A stretch of 64,000 nt of DNA from Candidatus Latescibacterota bacterium (lineage in GTDB: Bacteria; Latescibacterota; UBA2968). The stretch is taken from contig OZ244960.1 of assembly GCA_965222605.1 (NCBI GenBank), positions 1,472,001 to 1,536,000 of the forward strand, given 5' to 3'. The first letter of the stretch is position 1, and each line of letters starts with the position of its first letter. The position numbers and the translations under genes are program-made. Below, piece by piece: positions 1-10,333 of the stretch. The notes under the pieces are model-generated. The model was not told where the DNA came from. It did no database searches and saw nothing but the letters and a program-made list of their open reading frames with translations.

Positions 1-966
1 GCGCAGCAAGAAAGCTGGTTGACAATGTGTCGGGAACTGATTATGCCCAACTACGACATCACGCCGGAAATGATCACACACACCTTTGTGGTTGACCTTG
101 AGACATTGCAACCCATCGATCCAAATTTGTGGGAACAATGGGGATGGAACAATTTGCCGACCGATAAAGAAGAGCTGGTAACAAATTATATCGCGCTGGC
201 GTGTGAGATCCTGCACAATGTGGGCCTGACACCTGCAGGTGTGACAAGCCCAGGGGGATTTGGCAATCCAATAGACTTTTATGCCAGATGTGCGGAAAAT
301 GCCGTGCGAAGGATAACGGGTAATCCAACACCGTATCTGTTTAAGCGGGTGTCGTCCAGCGGTGCGGTAGATTGCCCGGTGTGGTATCCCAAACCCGAGC
401 GCGGCGAGGCAATGGGTGAAGTGATTGCCGCGACGGGTGATCGCACGGGATCGTGGACCGGATATGGCGAAGTAGATGTAGATTATTACATCACATCGGA
501 CCTTCAGGGTGGACGTTTGCCCGAAGTCATCGACGCGGGCGACCCGGCCGTCATGATCAGTCACTGGCAGGGATTTTACGGGATTCACAATGAGGATAGG
601 CGTGGCTTTCGGGCATTTCAGACCATTGTGCGGCGGCTCAAAGAACGCGATCCCAATGGGGAGAAATCTCAGTGGCGCAAATGCAGTGAAATTACCAATT
701 ATGCCATAGCGCGCGAAATGGCTGATGTCAGGATAGAAGAACAAATAATAACACTCGATTTACCCGTGCAAGTCCCCGAATTCACATTGCGATTGCGAGA
801 TATAACAGTTGCAGGCGTAAAGATAAACGGCAAACCCCTGACACCCGCGCTGACAAAAGCGGCCTTTAGAGATGGTACATTTTATCGAGATGGCGATGTA
901 ACGCTGGTGGCCTTTACGCCCGAAGACCGGAATATAAGAGTTGAGATAGAAAACCGCGAGACGTAA
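1..966 (+). CDS. Hypothetical protein, 5' partial (possibly polysaccharide deacetylase-like fold)
   Basis: Frame is open from base 1 to TAA at 964-966; contains GVTSPGGFG and SHWQG motifs; family not confidently recognised. Confidence 0.55.
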   Translation, partial: AQQESWLTMCRELIMPNYDITPEMITHTFVVDLETLQPIDPNLWEQWGWNNLPTDKEELVTNYIALACEILHNVGLTPAGVTSPGGFGNPIDFYARCAENAVRRITGNPTPYLFKRVSSSGAVDCPVWYPKPERGEAMGEVIAATGDRTGSWTGYGEVDVDYYITSDLQGGRLPEVIDAGDPAVMISHWQGFYGIHNEDRRGFRAFQTIVRRLKERDPNGEKSQWRKCSEITNYAIAREMADVRIEEQIITLDLPVQVPEFTLRLRDITVAGVKINGKPLTPALTKAAFRDGTFYRDGDVTLVAFTPEDRNIRVEIENRET

Positions 967-980
967 AAGGAAAAAGATAC

Positions 981-3062
981 GTGATTCCAAAAACAGTAAA
1001 ACTCAAAAAAGAAATCGGCTTACTCGGCGTTTATGCCATAGCGACGGGCACGACCTTAAGCGCGGGATTCTTTTTATTGCCGGGGCTGGCTGCCGAACAG
1101 GCCGGCGCTGCAATTGTACTGGCGTATATCGTTGCCGCCGTTCCACTCGTACCGGCGATGTTCAGCATTATTGAACTGGCAACTGCAATGCCCCGCGCAG
1201 GTGGCGTGTATTATTTTTTAGACCGGTCGCTCGGACCGTGGATGGGCACGCTTGGAGGCGTTGGCACATGGCTGGCACTGGTATTAAAAGTATCATTCGC
1301 ACTCGTGGGCATGGGGGCATACATCGCGCTTCATGTACCCGAGTTGCCAATAACCCCTGTGGCAGTCGCAATTGCAGTTGGCCTGGGCATACTGAATCTG
1401 TTGGGCGCCGAGAAAAGCGGTGGGTTTCAAATGGCGCTGGTGCTGGGGTTGTTGATGATTCTGGGAATATTTATCGGGGGAGGCGTACCCAATATTGAAC
1501 GCGTGCGATTGAACGCGATATTTGAAGTAGATACCCAAACGATTTTATCCACAGCAGGACTGGTCTATATCAGTTATGTCGGCGTAACAACCGTAGCGAG
1601 TTTATCAGAAGAAGTAAAACATCCCGAGCGCAATTTGCCTGTGGGCGTCATCTTCTCATTAATTACGGCGGTTCTGGTCTATGCTTTGGGCACAGGCGTC
1701 ATGGTCGGTGTATTGCCGCTCGAGCAGTTGGTGGGTGATTTAACGCCTGCAGCTTCGGCGGCCAAAGCCGTATTTGGCGATTGGGGTGCCATAACCATCT
1801 CTGTCGCTGCCCTACTCGCCTTTACATCGGTCGCCAATGCCGGAATGCTTTCGGCTTCTCGCTTTCCCCTCGCCATGAGCCGCGACCACATGATGCCGAG
1901 ATTTTTTCAGCATTTGAATACCAAAGGCGCGCCCGTTCAAGGGGTATTGGTGACCATGGGCGTGATTATTTTAATCCTCATTTTTCTCGATCCAACCAAA
2001 ATTGCCAAATTGGCCAGTGCTTTTCAATTATTGATGTTCGCACTGGTGTGCCTCGCCGTAATTGTCATGCGCGAAAGCGGATTGGCTTCCTACGACTCGG
2101 GATATCATTCACCGCTATACCCGTGGATGCAGTTATTCGGCATGGTATCTTCGTGTACGTTAATTGTCCAGATGGGCTGGTTATCATCCCTGTTTTCTGC
2201 CGCGCTGATCCTGCTGGGAACGATTTGGTACTTTAAATTTGCCCGAGACAAGGTCAACCGCGACGGTGCGATTTATCACATGTTTGAACGCTGGGGGCAA
2301 AAGCGGGACACCGGACTGGATGCCGAACTGCGGGGTATCTTGAAGGAGAAGGGATTGCGCGATAAAGATCCTTTCGATGAGATCGCGGCGCGAAGTCTGG
2401 TCATCGATCTGGATCGTCCGGCTGAGTTTGAGGCGGTTGTGCAGCAGGTATCGGAATGGTTATCGGGTCGCGTTCCGCATACCATGGATGAAATCGAGAA
2501 ACAATTGCTGGACCGTACGCATATTGGATCGACACCCGTGACACACGGCGTGGGATTGCCGCATCTGCGGATTGACGGAATTGAACACTGCGAAATGGTC
2601 CTCGTGCGATCACTGCCGGGCATTCACATCCAGTTTACAGATCCACTGACCGGGCACGAGGTAAAAACGCAGTTGACAGCGATCTTTTTTTTATTCAGTC
2701 CAGAACGCGATCCGTCACAACACCTGCGTATTCTCGCACAAATTGCGCGGCGTGCAGACGATGAAAACTTCTTGCGCGAATGGCACTCCGCCAGCGATGA
2801 AGTTGAATTGAAAGAAGCCCTGTTGCGCGACGAAGCCTTTTTATTATTAACATTGCGCCGCGATCATGCAACCGCCGATCTCATTGGCCATGCGCTGCGC
2901 GAGACAGATTTTCCAGAAGGCTGTCTCGTGGCGATGTTGCGCCGCGGCGGGCGCATGGTGATTCCCCGCGGCGATACCGTGCTGCGAGAAAATGATCGAT
3001 TGACAATTTTGGGAAACAGTAAAGGATTGCGCGTCCTCGAAACGCGATATGGCGGGCGGTGA
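981..3062 (+). CDS. APC-family amino acid permease fused to PTS EIIA-like and TrkA-C (RCK_C) domains
   Basis: About 12 hydrophobic segments with GTTLSAGFF and SEEVKHPERNLP APC motifs; GSTPVTHGVGLPH resembles the EIIA phospho-His motif; C-terminal IPRGDTVLRENDRL is TrkA-C-like; AAGGA RBS. Confidence 0.85.
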   Translation: MIPKTVKLKKEIGLLGVYAIATGTTLSAGFFLLPGLAAEQAGAAIVLAYIVAAVPLVPAMFSIIELATAMPRAGGVYYFLDRSLGPWMGTLGGVGTWLALVLKVSFALVGMGAYIALHVPELPITPVAVAIAVGLGILNLLGAEKSGGFQMALVLGLLMILGIFIGGGVPNIERVRLNAIFEVDTQTILSTAGLVYISYVGVTTVASLSEEVKHPERNLPVGVIFSLITAVLVYALGTGVMVGVLPLEQLVGDLTPAASAAKAVFGDWGAITISVAALLAFTSVANAGMLSASRFPLAMSRDHMMPRFFQHLNTKGAPVQGVLVTMGVIILILIFLDPTKIAKLASAFQLLMFALVCLAVIVMRESGLASYDSGYHSPLYPWMQLFGMVSSCTLIVQMGWLSSLFSAALILLGTIWYFKFARDKVNRDGAIYHMFERWGQKRDTGLDAELRGILKEKGLRDKDPFDEIAARSLVIDLDRPAEFEAVVQQVSEWLSGRVPHTMDEIEKQLLDRTHIGSTPVTHGVGLPHLRIDGIEHCEMVLVRSLPGIHIQFTDPLTGHEVKTQLTAIFFLFSPERDPSQHLRILAQIARRADDENFLREWHSASDEVELKEALLRDEAFLLLTLRRDHATADLIGHALRETDFPEGCLVAMLRRGGRMVIPRGDTVLRENDRLTILGNSKGLRVLETRYGGR

Positions 3063-3077
3063 GTTTCGGCAACGAGA

Positions 3078-4628
3078 TCACCCGTAGAGGCGGTTAACAG
3101 CCTCGGGGTGTTGGCGGGCCTCGCGCATGAGGCGATTGCCCCAGGTTGTGGGATATTTGCCCGTGACACATCCCAGGCACAGGGTATCTGTTTCACATCC
3201 AATGCTGGTACCCAAATCGGAAACATCGAGGTACTTCAGGCTATCGACATCGAGTTCGAGAGCCATTTTTTTTTGCGTTTGTTCGCTGGGTAAACCGCGG
3301 TATCGCACGGGAACGTGTTCGGGAGCAAAAAGTTCGTCCAGGGTGGACATATCAATGCCATAAAAACACGGCGCGACAATGGGCGGACAAGCCACGCGCA
3401 CATGAACTTCGGCCGCACCGCCGATATCGCGCACCTGATGGGCAAGAGTGCGAATCGTAAGGGAGCGCACAATAGAATCTTCGACAAGAAAAACGCGCTT
3501 TCCCGATAAAACAGAGGCCAATGCCGTGTATTTGCTCTGGGCACTCTGCGTGCGGGTGGTTTTGGGCTGGATAAAAGTGCGCCCCACATAGCGGTTGCGA
3601 ATCACGCCTTCCATGCAAGGCATATTCAGATGATGGGCATAGGCATCGGCTGCTGCTTTGGCAGTATCGGGAACGGGCACAACCACACACGAATCGTCGA
3701 TTTTCTGGCTTTCTTTCTCGGCCAAAATACGACCGGCATCAGCGCGAGAAGTATAAACGCTGATGCCGTCAATTTCACTGGCAACATTAGAAAAATAGAC
3801 CCATTCAAAAAAGCAGCGGGCTGTTTTTTTCGGATCCGCATAGCGCGCAACGCGCAGATCGCCATTTTCGACGATTACCATTTCGCCGGGTTCGAGCCAT
3901 TTGACATCGCTAAAACCGAGATTGGAAAGAGCGGTTGATTCATTGGCGGCGGCAAAGAGGCGGCCTTTTTTTCCCCAGCACATGGGATGCACCCCGAGCG
4001 GATCCCGCGAGACGAACATGCGTCCTGATGCATCGAGAAATGCAATATTGTAAGCACCGTCAAAATCGCGGGAAAGCGAGCGCATCACATCGTCCAGGTC
4101 GGGTGGATTTTCACCCTTCAACCGATACGCCAGGGTATGCATGATGATTTCAGTATCGATATTGAGGGTAAAGTGATACCCGCGCTTGGACAACAGGCGT
4201 TCGCGCAACTGCGTGTAATTGGCAAGGTTGCCATTAAAAGCCAGGCTAAACCATTTCCAGATACGCCCGTGCTGCCGTTCAAATGGCTGTGCATATCGCA
4301 CATCGTCTTCGCCACTGGTGGCATAGCGCGTATGTCCAATAGCGGCGACCCCTGCATATTCGTTGATAATGGACTGGTATTTGCCGGGATGCGACATGCG
4401 AAAGGCTTCGGTAACGCCGCCCAGATCTTTGAAGGTGTTTAGAATGTGATCGCGGTTGGGGTTATAGGAACAATACCCCGCGGCGAGTTGTCCCCTGTTT
4501 TGAAGGTCGAGCAACATGCCCGGCATAAATGCTGCAACATTTTTAAAATCATCGGCATCGGCATTGCCGTTTTCTTTGAGCCAGTAGAGGGCTGCCACGC
4601 CGCATTCGTGACCAATATCTTCGCTCAT
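3078..4628 (-). CDS. purF: Amidophosphoribosyltransferase
   Basis: N-terminal ECGV Ntn nucleophile, GHTRYATSG, CFFEWVYF, VEDSIVR PRPP loop, PCFYGIDM. Confidence 0.95.
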   Translation of the reverse strand: MSEDIGHECGVAALYWLKENGNADADDFKNVAAFMPGMLLDLQNRGQLAAGYCSYNPNRDHILNTFKDLGGVTEAFRMSHPGKYQSIINEYAGVAAIGHTRYATSGEDDVRYAQPFERQHGRIWKWFSLAFNGNLANYTQLRERLLSKRGYHFTLNIDTEIIMHTLAYRLKGENPPDLDDVMRSLSRDFDGAYNIAFLDASGRMFVSRDPLGVHPMCWGKKGRLFAAANESTALSNLGFSDVKWLEPGEMVIVENGDLRVARYADPKKTARCFFEWVYFSNVASEIDGISVYTSRADAGRILAEKESQKIDDSCVVVPVPDTAKAAADAYAHHLNMPCMEGVIRNRYVGRTFIQPKTTRTQSAQSKYTALASVLSGKRVFLVEDSIVRSLTIRTLAHQVRDIGGAAEVHVRVACPPIVAPCFYGIDMSTLDELFAPEHVPVRYRGLPSEQTQKKMALELDVDSLKYLDVSDLGTSIGCETDTLCLGCVTGKYPTTWGNRLMREARQHPEAVNRLYG

Positions 4629-4637
4629 AAAAATCTC

Positions 4638-5741
4638 CTATCCCAACGCCTGATTCTGCATATATTGAATCCCCGCAACGATTTCTTCGCGCGGCACATC
4701 ATCTCGCGGCACAATTTTTCCGATCCGCTCGGGCAATACAAATCGGATGACACCATCCCGCGCTTTCTTATCGCTCATCATCCGCGTCAACACCTCATTG
4801 ACCTTCAAATCCGGCACACCTTTGGGAATGCCCAGACGGGTAATAAGTGCATTTTGCCGCTCAAATGCATCCTGCGACCACATCCCCTTTTGCACAGCGA
4901 TATACCCTGCGGCCAACATCCCCAAACACACCGCCTCACCGTGTTTATAATAGTCGTAATGCGTCACCACTTCCAGCGCGTGTCCCACCGTATGGCCATA
5001 ATTCAAAATTTCGCGCAAACCCTTCTCGGTTTCATCAGCAGCCACAACCCCAGCCTTGATGCGACACTGTTGGGCAACAAGCCAATTGATCTGATCCGCA
5101 GACAGGCTTAAATTTACGGCACCTTCAATATGCTCTTCCAAAAATGCCACCAGATGGGAATCGCGTATAATCCCGTGTTTGATCACCTCCGCCATACCCG
5201 CTCGCACTTCGCGTTTGGGTAAGGTATCGAGTGTAGCTGTATCGATCAACACCAACTTTGGCTGGTGAAAAGCACCGATCATGTTTTTTCCCAAAACGTG
5301 ATCCACAGCTGTTTTGCCCCCCACACTCGCATCGACCTGCGCTTCCAGCGTTGTGGGCACCTGAACAAAATCAACACCTCTCAAATACGTCGCAGCGACA
5401 AAGCCTCCCATATCGCCAACCACACCACCGCCCAATGTCACAATACAGGATTTGCGATCCAATCCCGCCGCGATCAAATCGCCGTAGATCTGCGCGGCCG
5501 TCTCAAATGTCTTGTATTGCTCGCCATCTGGCACAGTTACGACCACAACCTTCACACCGGAGCGCGCGAGACTTTGCTGAACCGTATCGAGATAGAGCGC
5601 GGCAACTGTCGGATTGGTCACAATCGCCGCTGTTTCTCCCAACCCGCGTTCCGCATACAGATCGCCCAAATCGCGCAAACAATCGCGACCGATCAAAATA
5701 TCATAACTTCGGTCACCTAAATCAACCGTCACCGTTTCCAT
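4638..5741 (-). CDS. aroB: 3-dehydroquinate synthase
   Basis: LGGGVVGD, QVDASVGGKT, LNYGHTVGHALE, HGEAV motifs; start set at ATG 5741. Confidence 0.95.
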   Translation of the reverse strand: METVTVDLGDRSYDILIGRDCLRDLGDLYAERGLGETAAIVTNPTVAALYLDTVQQSLARSGVKVVVVTVPDGEQYKTFETAAQIYGDLIAAGLDRKSCIVTLGGGVVGDMGGFVAATYLRGVDFVQVPTTLEAQVDASVGGKTAVDHVLGKNMIGAFHQPKLVLIDTATLDTLPKREVRAGMAEVIKHGIIRDSHLVAFLEEHIEGAVNLSLSADQINWLVAQQCRIKAGVVAADETEKGLREILNYGHTVGHALEVVTHYDYYKHGEAVCLGMLAAGYIAVQKGMWSQDAFERQNALITRLGIPKGVPDLKVNEVLTRMMSDKKARDGVIRFVLPERIGKIVPRDDVPREEIVAGIQYMQNQALG

Positions 5742-5752
5742 TATCAATCCCA

Positions 5753-5858
5753 ATCAGGATGTAAGGATTTAAGGATGTTCAGGATACCCATACTCCGCCA
5801 CCCAAAAACTGGGGTGTGGGGTATCCTGTGATATCCTGAAAATCTTGTCAATCCCGAT
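5753..5858. repeat. Imperfect palindromic REP-like element built from periodic AGGAT/ATCCT units
   Basis: Left arm ATCAGGATGTAAGGATTTAAGGATGTTCAGGATACC is imperfectly complementary to right arm GGTATCCTGTGATATCCTGAAAATCTTGTCAATCCCGAT; lies between aroK and aroB and overlaps the aroK stop. Confidence 0.65.
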
Positions 5859-6396
5859 CCAGAACGCGCTGTAATTCAATAAGAGCTGTCTCTGCCGTGT
5901 CTTCGGGCGTACAATCATTTGTCGAAGTTGCAAACGCATCTGCACGCGCATAAAAACGCTCTCGATCCGCCATCATCTCTTCAATTTTGTTTTTCAAACC
6001 CTCGTCATCCAGCCCCGATAGCAAGGGCCTTTCATCGCGCTTGCGACTGACCCGTTCAAAAATCGTATTGACAGAAGCGCGGAAACACAAACACACGCCG
6101 GTTTTGCGAATGACCGCCCAATTCCGCTCCTGAGTGATGGCACCACCGCCGAGAGAAACGATCACATTGCCCATCTTCGATGCCTCGATAACCGCCTGGT
6201 GTTCCAACTGGCGAAATGCGGTTTCACCACCTTCCTCAAAAATTTCCGGAATTGTTTTTCCAGCAGCATCGACCACCAATTCATCTGTATCGACAAAGGT
6301 CCGCTTCAACCATCCGGCCAAAATGCGCCCGACTCTGGTTTTCCCCGTTGCCATAAAACCGGTGAGGAATATGGGTTTATCAGGTAGATCAAACAC
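5848..6396 (-). CDS. aroK: Shikimate kinase
   Basis: Walker A GFMATGKT, DTD, GETAFRQLE, SLGGG, RPLL. Confidence 0.95.
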   Translation of the reverse strand: MFDLPDKPIFLTGFMATGKTRVGRILAGWLKRTFVDTDELVVDAAGKTIPEIFEEGGETAFRQLEHQAVIEASKMGNVIVSLGGGAITQERNWAVIRKTGVCLCFRASVNTIFERVSRKRDERPLLSGLDDEGLKNKIEEMMADRERFYARADAFATSTNDCTPEDTAETALIELQRVLDRD

Positions 6397-6418
6397 AGTG
6401 CTCTTCCACGATACAGTA

Positions 6419-8125
6419 TCACATCTGTTCTGGCGCTTTCATCCCCAGCAAACTCAGGCCCGATGCCAGCACCGTCTTAATCGCATAAACCAGTGCAACG
6501 CGGGCAGCCGTCAAATCCGCTTGTTCAGAAATAACCTGATGGGCATTGTAAAATCGATTGGCGACCGTACACAATTCAATCATAAGCGTTGTCACCACAG
6601 AGGGTTCGTATTCATCCGCAGCCTTTTGAATCTGCCCTGGAAATCGCGCAAGACATTTGACCACTTCAATAGCTTCTGGCTCATTTAACAACGCAAAATC
6701 AACATCCCGCGGCGGCAAAATGCCGTCATAACGCCGCAACACACTGCAATATCGCGCGTGGGTATATTGCAGATATGGACCGGTTTCGCCGTTGAAATTT
6801 AGAATCTCGTCCCAATCAAACACAATATCGCGCGTCCGTTTGGAATCCAGATCTGCAAAAATAATCGCACCAATGCCCACATCTCGTGCAATCTGCTCGC
6901 CATTTGGCAAATCGGGATTTTTATCGGCAATGATTTTTCGCGTCAATTCAATCGCGCGATTCAGCACATCTTCTAAAAAAACCACATTGCCCCTGCGCGT
7001 TGAGGCCCCACTGCCATCTTTGAATCGCAGCCGCCCAAATTGCACATGCGCGCATTTTTCTCGCCAGTCATATTCCATCAATTCCAACACCTGAAACAAC
7101 TGGCGAAAATACAAAGATTGCGCCACATCCACCACATAGAGCAGTTTTTCAAAGCGATATGTTTCCCACCGATACTCCAGCGCGGCCAAATCGCGCGTAC
7201 CGTACAATGTCGCATCGTCGCTTCGCAATGCGATCAAAGGCGGCATATCCCATTTTTCCAAATCCACAATCGTCGCGCCTTCACTCTCGGTCAGCAAACC
7301 CTTTGCTCGTAAGCGATCCAAAGTCGCGGGCATCTTATTCTGATAAAAACTCTCTCCAGCAATCGACTCAAATCCAATGCCCAGCATATCGTAAACGCGA
7401 TCAAACTCCTTAAAACTCACATCCACGCACACCTGCCACATCCGCACGGCTTCTTCATCGCCGTCTTCGAGGCGGCGAAACCAATCGCGGGCTTCTTGTT
7501 CGAGTTTGGGGTTGTCCTCAATCTCTTCGTTAATGCGAACATAGAGTTCCAGCAACTTCTGAATGGTAATATCCGCCGTCAATTCGCCATCACCCCAGTA
7601 ATTCCACGCCAGAATCAATTTCGCAAACTGAGACCCCCAATCGCCCAGATGATTCACCCCAACCACTTCGTAGCCCAATGCCCGATAAATATTTCTCAAG
7701 GCATTGCCAATGACCGTTGATCGCAGATGGTGAATGCCAAATGGTTTGGCAATATTGGGATGCGAAAAATCGATCACAACCGTCTTTCCAACACCCTGAT
7801 CTCCGCGCCCGTAATCCGCACCATGGTCGAGAATCGCAGAGAGTGTCTCCCCGACCAAATTGGCCTTTGGGACAAAAAAGTTGAGATAAGGACCTGCTGG
7901 ACGCACCTCGGCTATGTGGTCTCCCGTCGCAATTTGTGCAGATAGGTCTTCGGCAATTAAATGGGGTGCTTTGCGAAAAATTTTAGATAGAGCAAAACAC
8001 GGCAAAGCGTAATCGCCCATCTCGGGTTTTGGCGGCGTTTCGATCAGTGCCATTACCTCATTAGAAGACATCTCGGTCGCTTTTGACACCTGCAATACAA
8101 TTTCATCGACAAAAGGATTAGTCAC
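6419..8125 (-). CDS. argS: Arginine--tRNA ligase
   Basis: GDYALPCF, DFSHPNIAKPFGIHHLRST (HIGH-like), NHLGDWGSQF, GETGPYLQYTHAR, C-terminal APEQM. Confidence 0.95.
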   Translation of the reverse strand: MTNPFVDEIVLQVSKATEMSSNEVMALIETPPKPEMGDYALPCFALSKIFRKAPHLIAEDLSAQIATGDHIAEVRPAGPYLNFFVPKANLVGETLSAILDHGADYGRGDQGVGKTVVIDFSHPNIAKPFGIHHLRSTVIGNALRNIYRALGYEVVGVNHLGDWGSQFAKLILAWNYWGDGELTADITIQKLLELYVRINEEIEDNPKLEQEARDWFRRLEDGDEEAVRMWQVCVDVSFKEFDRVYDMLGIGFESIAGESFYQNKMPATLDRLRAKGLLTESEGATIVDLEKWDMPPLIALRSDDATLYGTRDLAALEYRWETYRFEKLLYVVDVAQSLYFRQLFQVLELMEYDWREKCAHVQFGRLRFKDGSGASTRRGNVVFLEDVLNRAIELTRKIIADKNPDLPNGEQIARDVGIGAIIFADLDSKRTRDIVFDWDEILNFNGETGPYLQYTHARYCSVLRRYDGILPPRDVDFALLNEPEAIEVVKCLARFPGQIQKAADEYEPSVVTTLMIELCTVANRFYNAHQVISEQADLTAARVALVYAIKTVLASGLSLLGMKAPEQM

Positions 8126-8144
8126 AAAATACCTCGCAAAGGTC

Positions 8145-8222
8145 CCTCTCCTGCGAGGAGAGGAAAGTTAAGGGATAAGTAATTCTCCCCTTTTATCTGT
8201 GTTTATCCGTGTTCATCTGTGG
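8145..8222. repeat. Intergenic hairpin plus 10-nt periodic ATCYGTG repeat
   Basis: CCTCTCCT-GCG-AGGAGAGG perfect 8-bp stem (8145-8163); ATCTGTGTTT/ATCCGTGTTC/ATCTGTGG (8195-8222). Confidence 0.6.
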
Positions 8223-8240
8223 TTGCTTTTTGTTTCTCAC

Positions 8241-8705
8241 TTATTTCAAAATATCCAAATCCAAAATTTTCTGCACATCGGCCTTCACCTGCGCGGGCAC
8301 GCGAAACCTATAGCTTTTTCGTTGAGAAATGAGTTCTAAATCGCGCTCTGTGCGCCACACATATCTCGAAAAACGCTGCCAGGGCATGTAACGCATGCCC
8401 ATCAGCAATCCGCGCGCACTCATAGTTACGCGAATAGTAGCATAAGCGATATAAAAAAATTCAAGAGAAAGCAAAAAACCGAACAATTGCGGCACGAATC
8501 CCACGCCATCTGAGATCGCAGCCCCCCGAAACAGCACAATGCCCCCCGTCACAATCAATAGTACATCCCATCGCTTCTGCAAAAAAACCACCACAGGCTC
8601 TTGTGTATTGGACACATGTCGCCGCAACCGCCAATAGGCCACAATAGACGCGCCCAGTAAAAGGGGAGCGAGAACCAACACGATTTGTATAAGTGTCAAA
8701 GACAT
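8241..8705 (-). CDS. Hypothetical membrane protein
   Basis: Three hydrophobic segments followed by a basic, bacterial PH-like tail; start at ATG 8705, directly after the ubiE stop. Confidence 0.65.
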   Translation of the reverse strand: MSLTLIQIVLVLAPLLLGASIVAYWRLRRHVSNTQEPVVVFLQKRWDVLLIVTGGIVLFRGAAISDGVGFVPQLFGFLLSLEFFYIAYATIRVTMSARGLLMGMRYMPWQRFSRYVWRTERDLELISQRKSYRFRVPAQVKADVQKILDLDILK

Positions 8706-8706
8706 A

Positions 8707-9495
8707 TTACGATTTCGACGCCAGATAAATAGTTGCAATCCCAAAGCTCAACCGAACCGCCTGTATATTGACAAATCCCGCATCGGACAACCGCCGGCAA
8801 AAATCATCACCTTCGGGAAAACGCATCACAGATTCGTACAAATAGCGGTAGGCATTTGGGTCGCGGGAGACCATGTGTCCAATACGAGGCAAAATACGCT
8901 GAAAATAAAAATTGTAAAGGCCGCGAAACACAGGGGTTCGCGGCCTCGAAAACTCCAGCACAGCCACGCGCCCACCCACCTTGAGCACGCGACACATCTC
9001 ACTCAGAGCCGTTTCCAACTCGGCCACATTGCGAATGCCAAATCCGATTGTCACGCCGTCAAATGTCCCCTCACCAAACGGCAGACACTCCCCATCGCCA
9101 CACAGAAACGCGACCGGATTTGCTCGCGACCCATTTTTTTTTTCGCCCTCGCGCAACATCGGCACCGAAGGATCGACACCAATCACCTGAATATCGACAG
9201 CGCGTTTGCCGCATTCAAACCCCAAATCGCCCGTGCCCGTAGCCAGATCTAAAATTCGCCAGTTCGGCCCGGGTTGCAATTGATCAATAGTCTTTTTTCG
9301 CCAAACAATATCAATACCCATGCTCAACAGGTGATTGAGCAGATCGTATCTGTGGGCAATCCCGTCAAACATCTGCCGCACAAAAGCGCGCTTAGCTTCA
9401 GGTTCAAGCAGCACATCGCGCGCGATACCTGTCGATCGTGGGCTATGCTTGTGCTCACCTCTCATTTTTTGTGCCGACCCGTTTGACAACGACAT
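8707..9495 (-). CDS. ubiE: UbiE/MenG demethylmenaquinone C-methyltransferase
   Basis: MFDGIAHRYDLLNHLLSMG, LDLATGTGD SAM motif, FGIRNV, AYRYLYESV. Confidence 0.92.
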   Translation of the reverse strand: MSLSNGSAQKMRGEHKHSPRSTGIARDVLLEPEAKRAFVRQMFDGIAHRYDLLNHLLSMGIDIVWRKKTIDQLQPGPNWRILDLATGTGDLGFECGKRAVDIQVIGVDPSVPMLREGEKKNGSRANPVAFLCGDGECLPFGEGTFDGVTIGFGIRNVAELETALSEMCRVLKVGGRVAVLEFSRPRTPVFRGLYNFYFQRILPRIGHMVSRDPNAYRYLYESVMRFPEGDDFCRRLSDAGFVNIQAVRLSFGIATIYLASKS

Positions 9496-10333
9496 TTTTC
9501 ATCACATCAGTCGGTGGCTCAACACCCGTCCAGATAGCAAAAGATCGCGCCCCTTGAAAGACCAGCATATCCAGTCCCCCAAAAGCCGGCGCACCAACCG
9601 ATTGAAACGCGCGCATCAACTGCGTTTTCAGCGGATTGAACACCGTATCGTAGAGCACCAAATCCAGATGGACAGCGCGCACATCGGCAAGAGGCGAAGC
9701 ATTGACCTCGGGATACATCCCCAGCGAAGTGGTATTCACAACCACGCCCGCATCGGCAAACGCCCGGCATTGTGTATCGGCATCCAGCGCGCCCACATCC
9801 ATTTTTGTACCCGTTATTTTTTCCATATCCATCGCCAGAGCCTCCGCGCGCTTGATCGTGCGATTCAAAATCGTCACCCGCTGCACACTCTCTTGCGTCC
9901 CCAGCGCATACGTCACAGCGCGGGCAGCCCCACCGGCGCCGAGCACCACGCAATGTGCGGGAAATGTCTTAATCCCCGCAATATCGCGCAACGCCGTCAA
10001 GACGCCATAGACATCCGTATTATATCCAACCAGCTCACCATCTTCGCGCGAAATAGTATTAACCGCACCCACAGCCAGTGCTTCTTCTGAAATGCGATCC
10101 ATGTGTTCCATCACCGACAGCTTGTGCGGAATAGTCACATTTAATCCGCGAATATTCAATCCGCGCAACCCCTTCATCGCCTCGCTCACGCGGTCGGGCA
10201 ACACGTGAAAAGCCACATAACAATAATCCACATCTAATGCGGCGATTGCGGCATTGTGCATATCGGGAGAAAACGAATGAGCCACCGGGTCACCAATAAC
10301 GCCCAGTACCTGACTTGTTGCGCGAATATTCAT
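9455..10333 (-). CDS. aroE: Shikimate dehydrogenase
   Basis: HSFSPDMHN, NVTIPHK, GAVNT, NTD, GAGGAARA, GLDMLVFQG; ATG at 10333 overlaps the upstream TGA. Confidence 0.95.
   Translation of the reverse strand: MNIRATSQVLGVIGDPVAHSFSPDMHNAAIAALDVDYCYVAFHVLPDRVSEAMKGLRGLNIRGLNVTIPHKLSVMEHMDRISEEALAVGAVNTISREDGELVGYNTDVYGVLTALRDIAGIKTFPAHCVVLGAGGAARAVTYALGTQESVQRVTILNRTIKRAEALAMDMEKITGTKMDVGALDADTQCRAFADAGVVVNTTSLGMYPEVNASPLADVRAVHLDLVLYDTVFNPLKTQLMRAFQSVGAPAFGGLDMLVFQGARSFAIWTGVEPPTDVMKNVVVKRVGTKNER

Noticed and set aside
8195-8222. Short tandem repeats (also 5753-5790) as a possible CRISPR array
   Set aside because: Units are 8-10 nt with no unique spacers and no cas genes in the window
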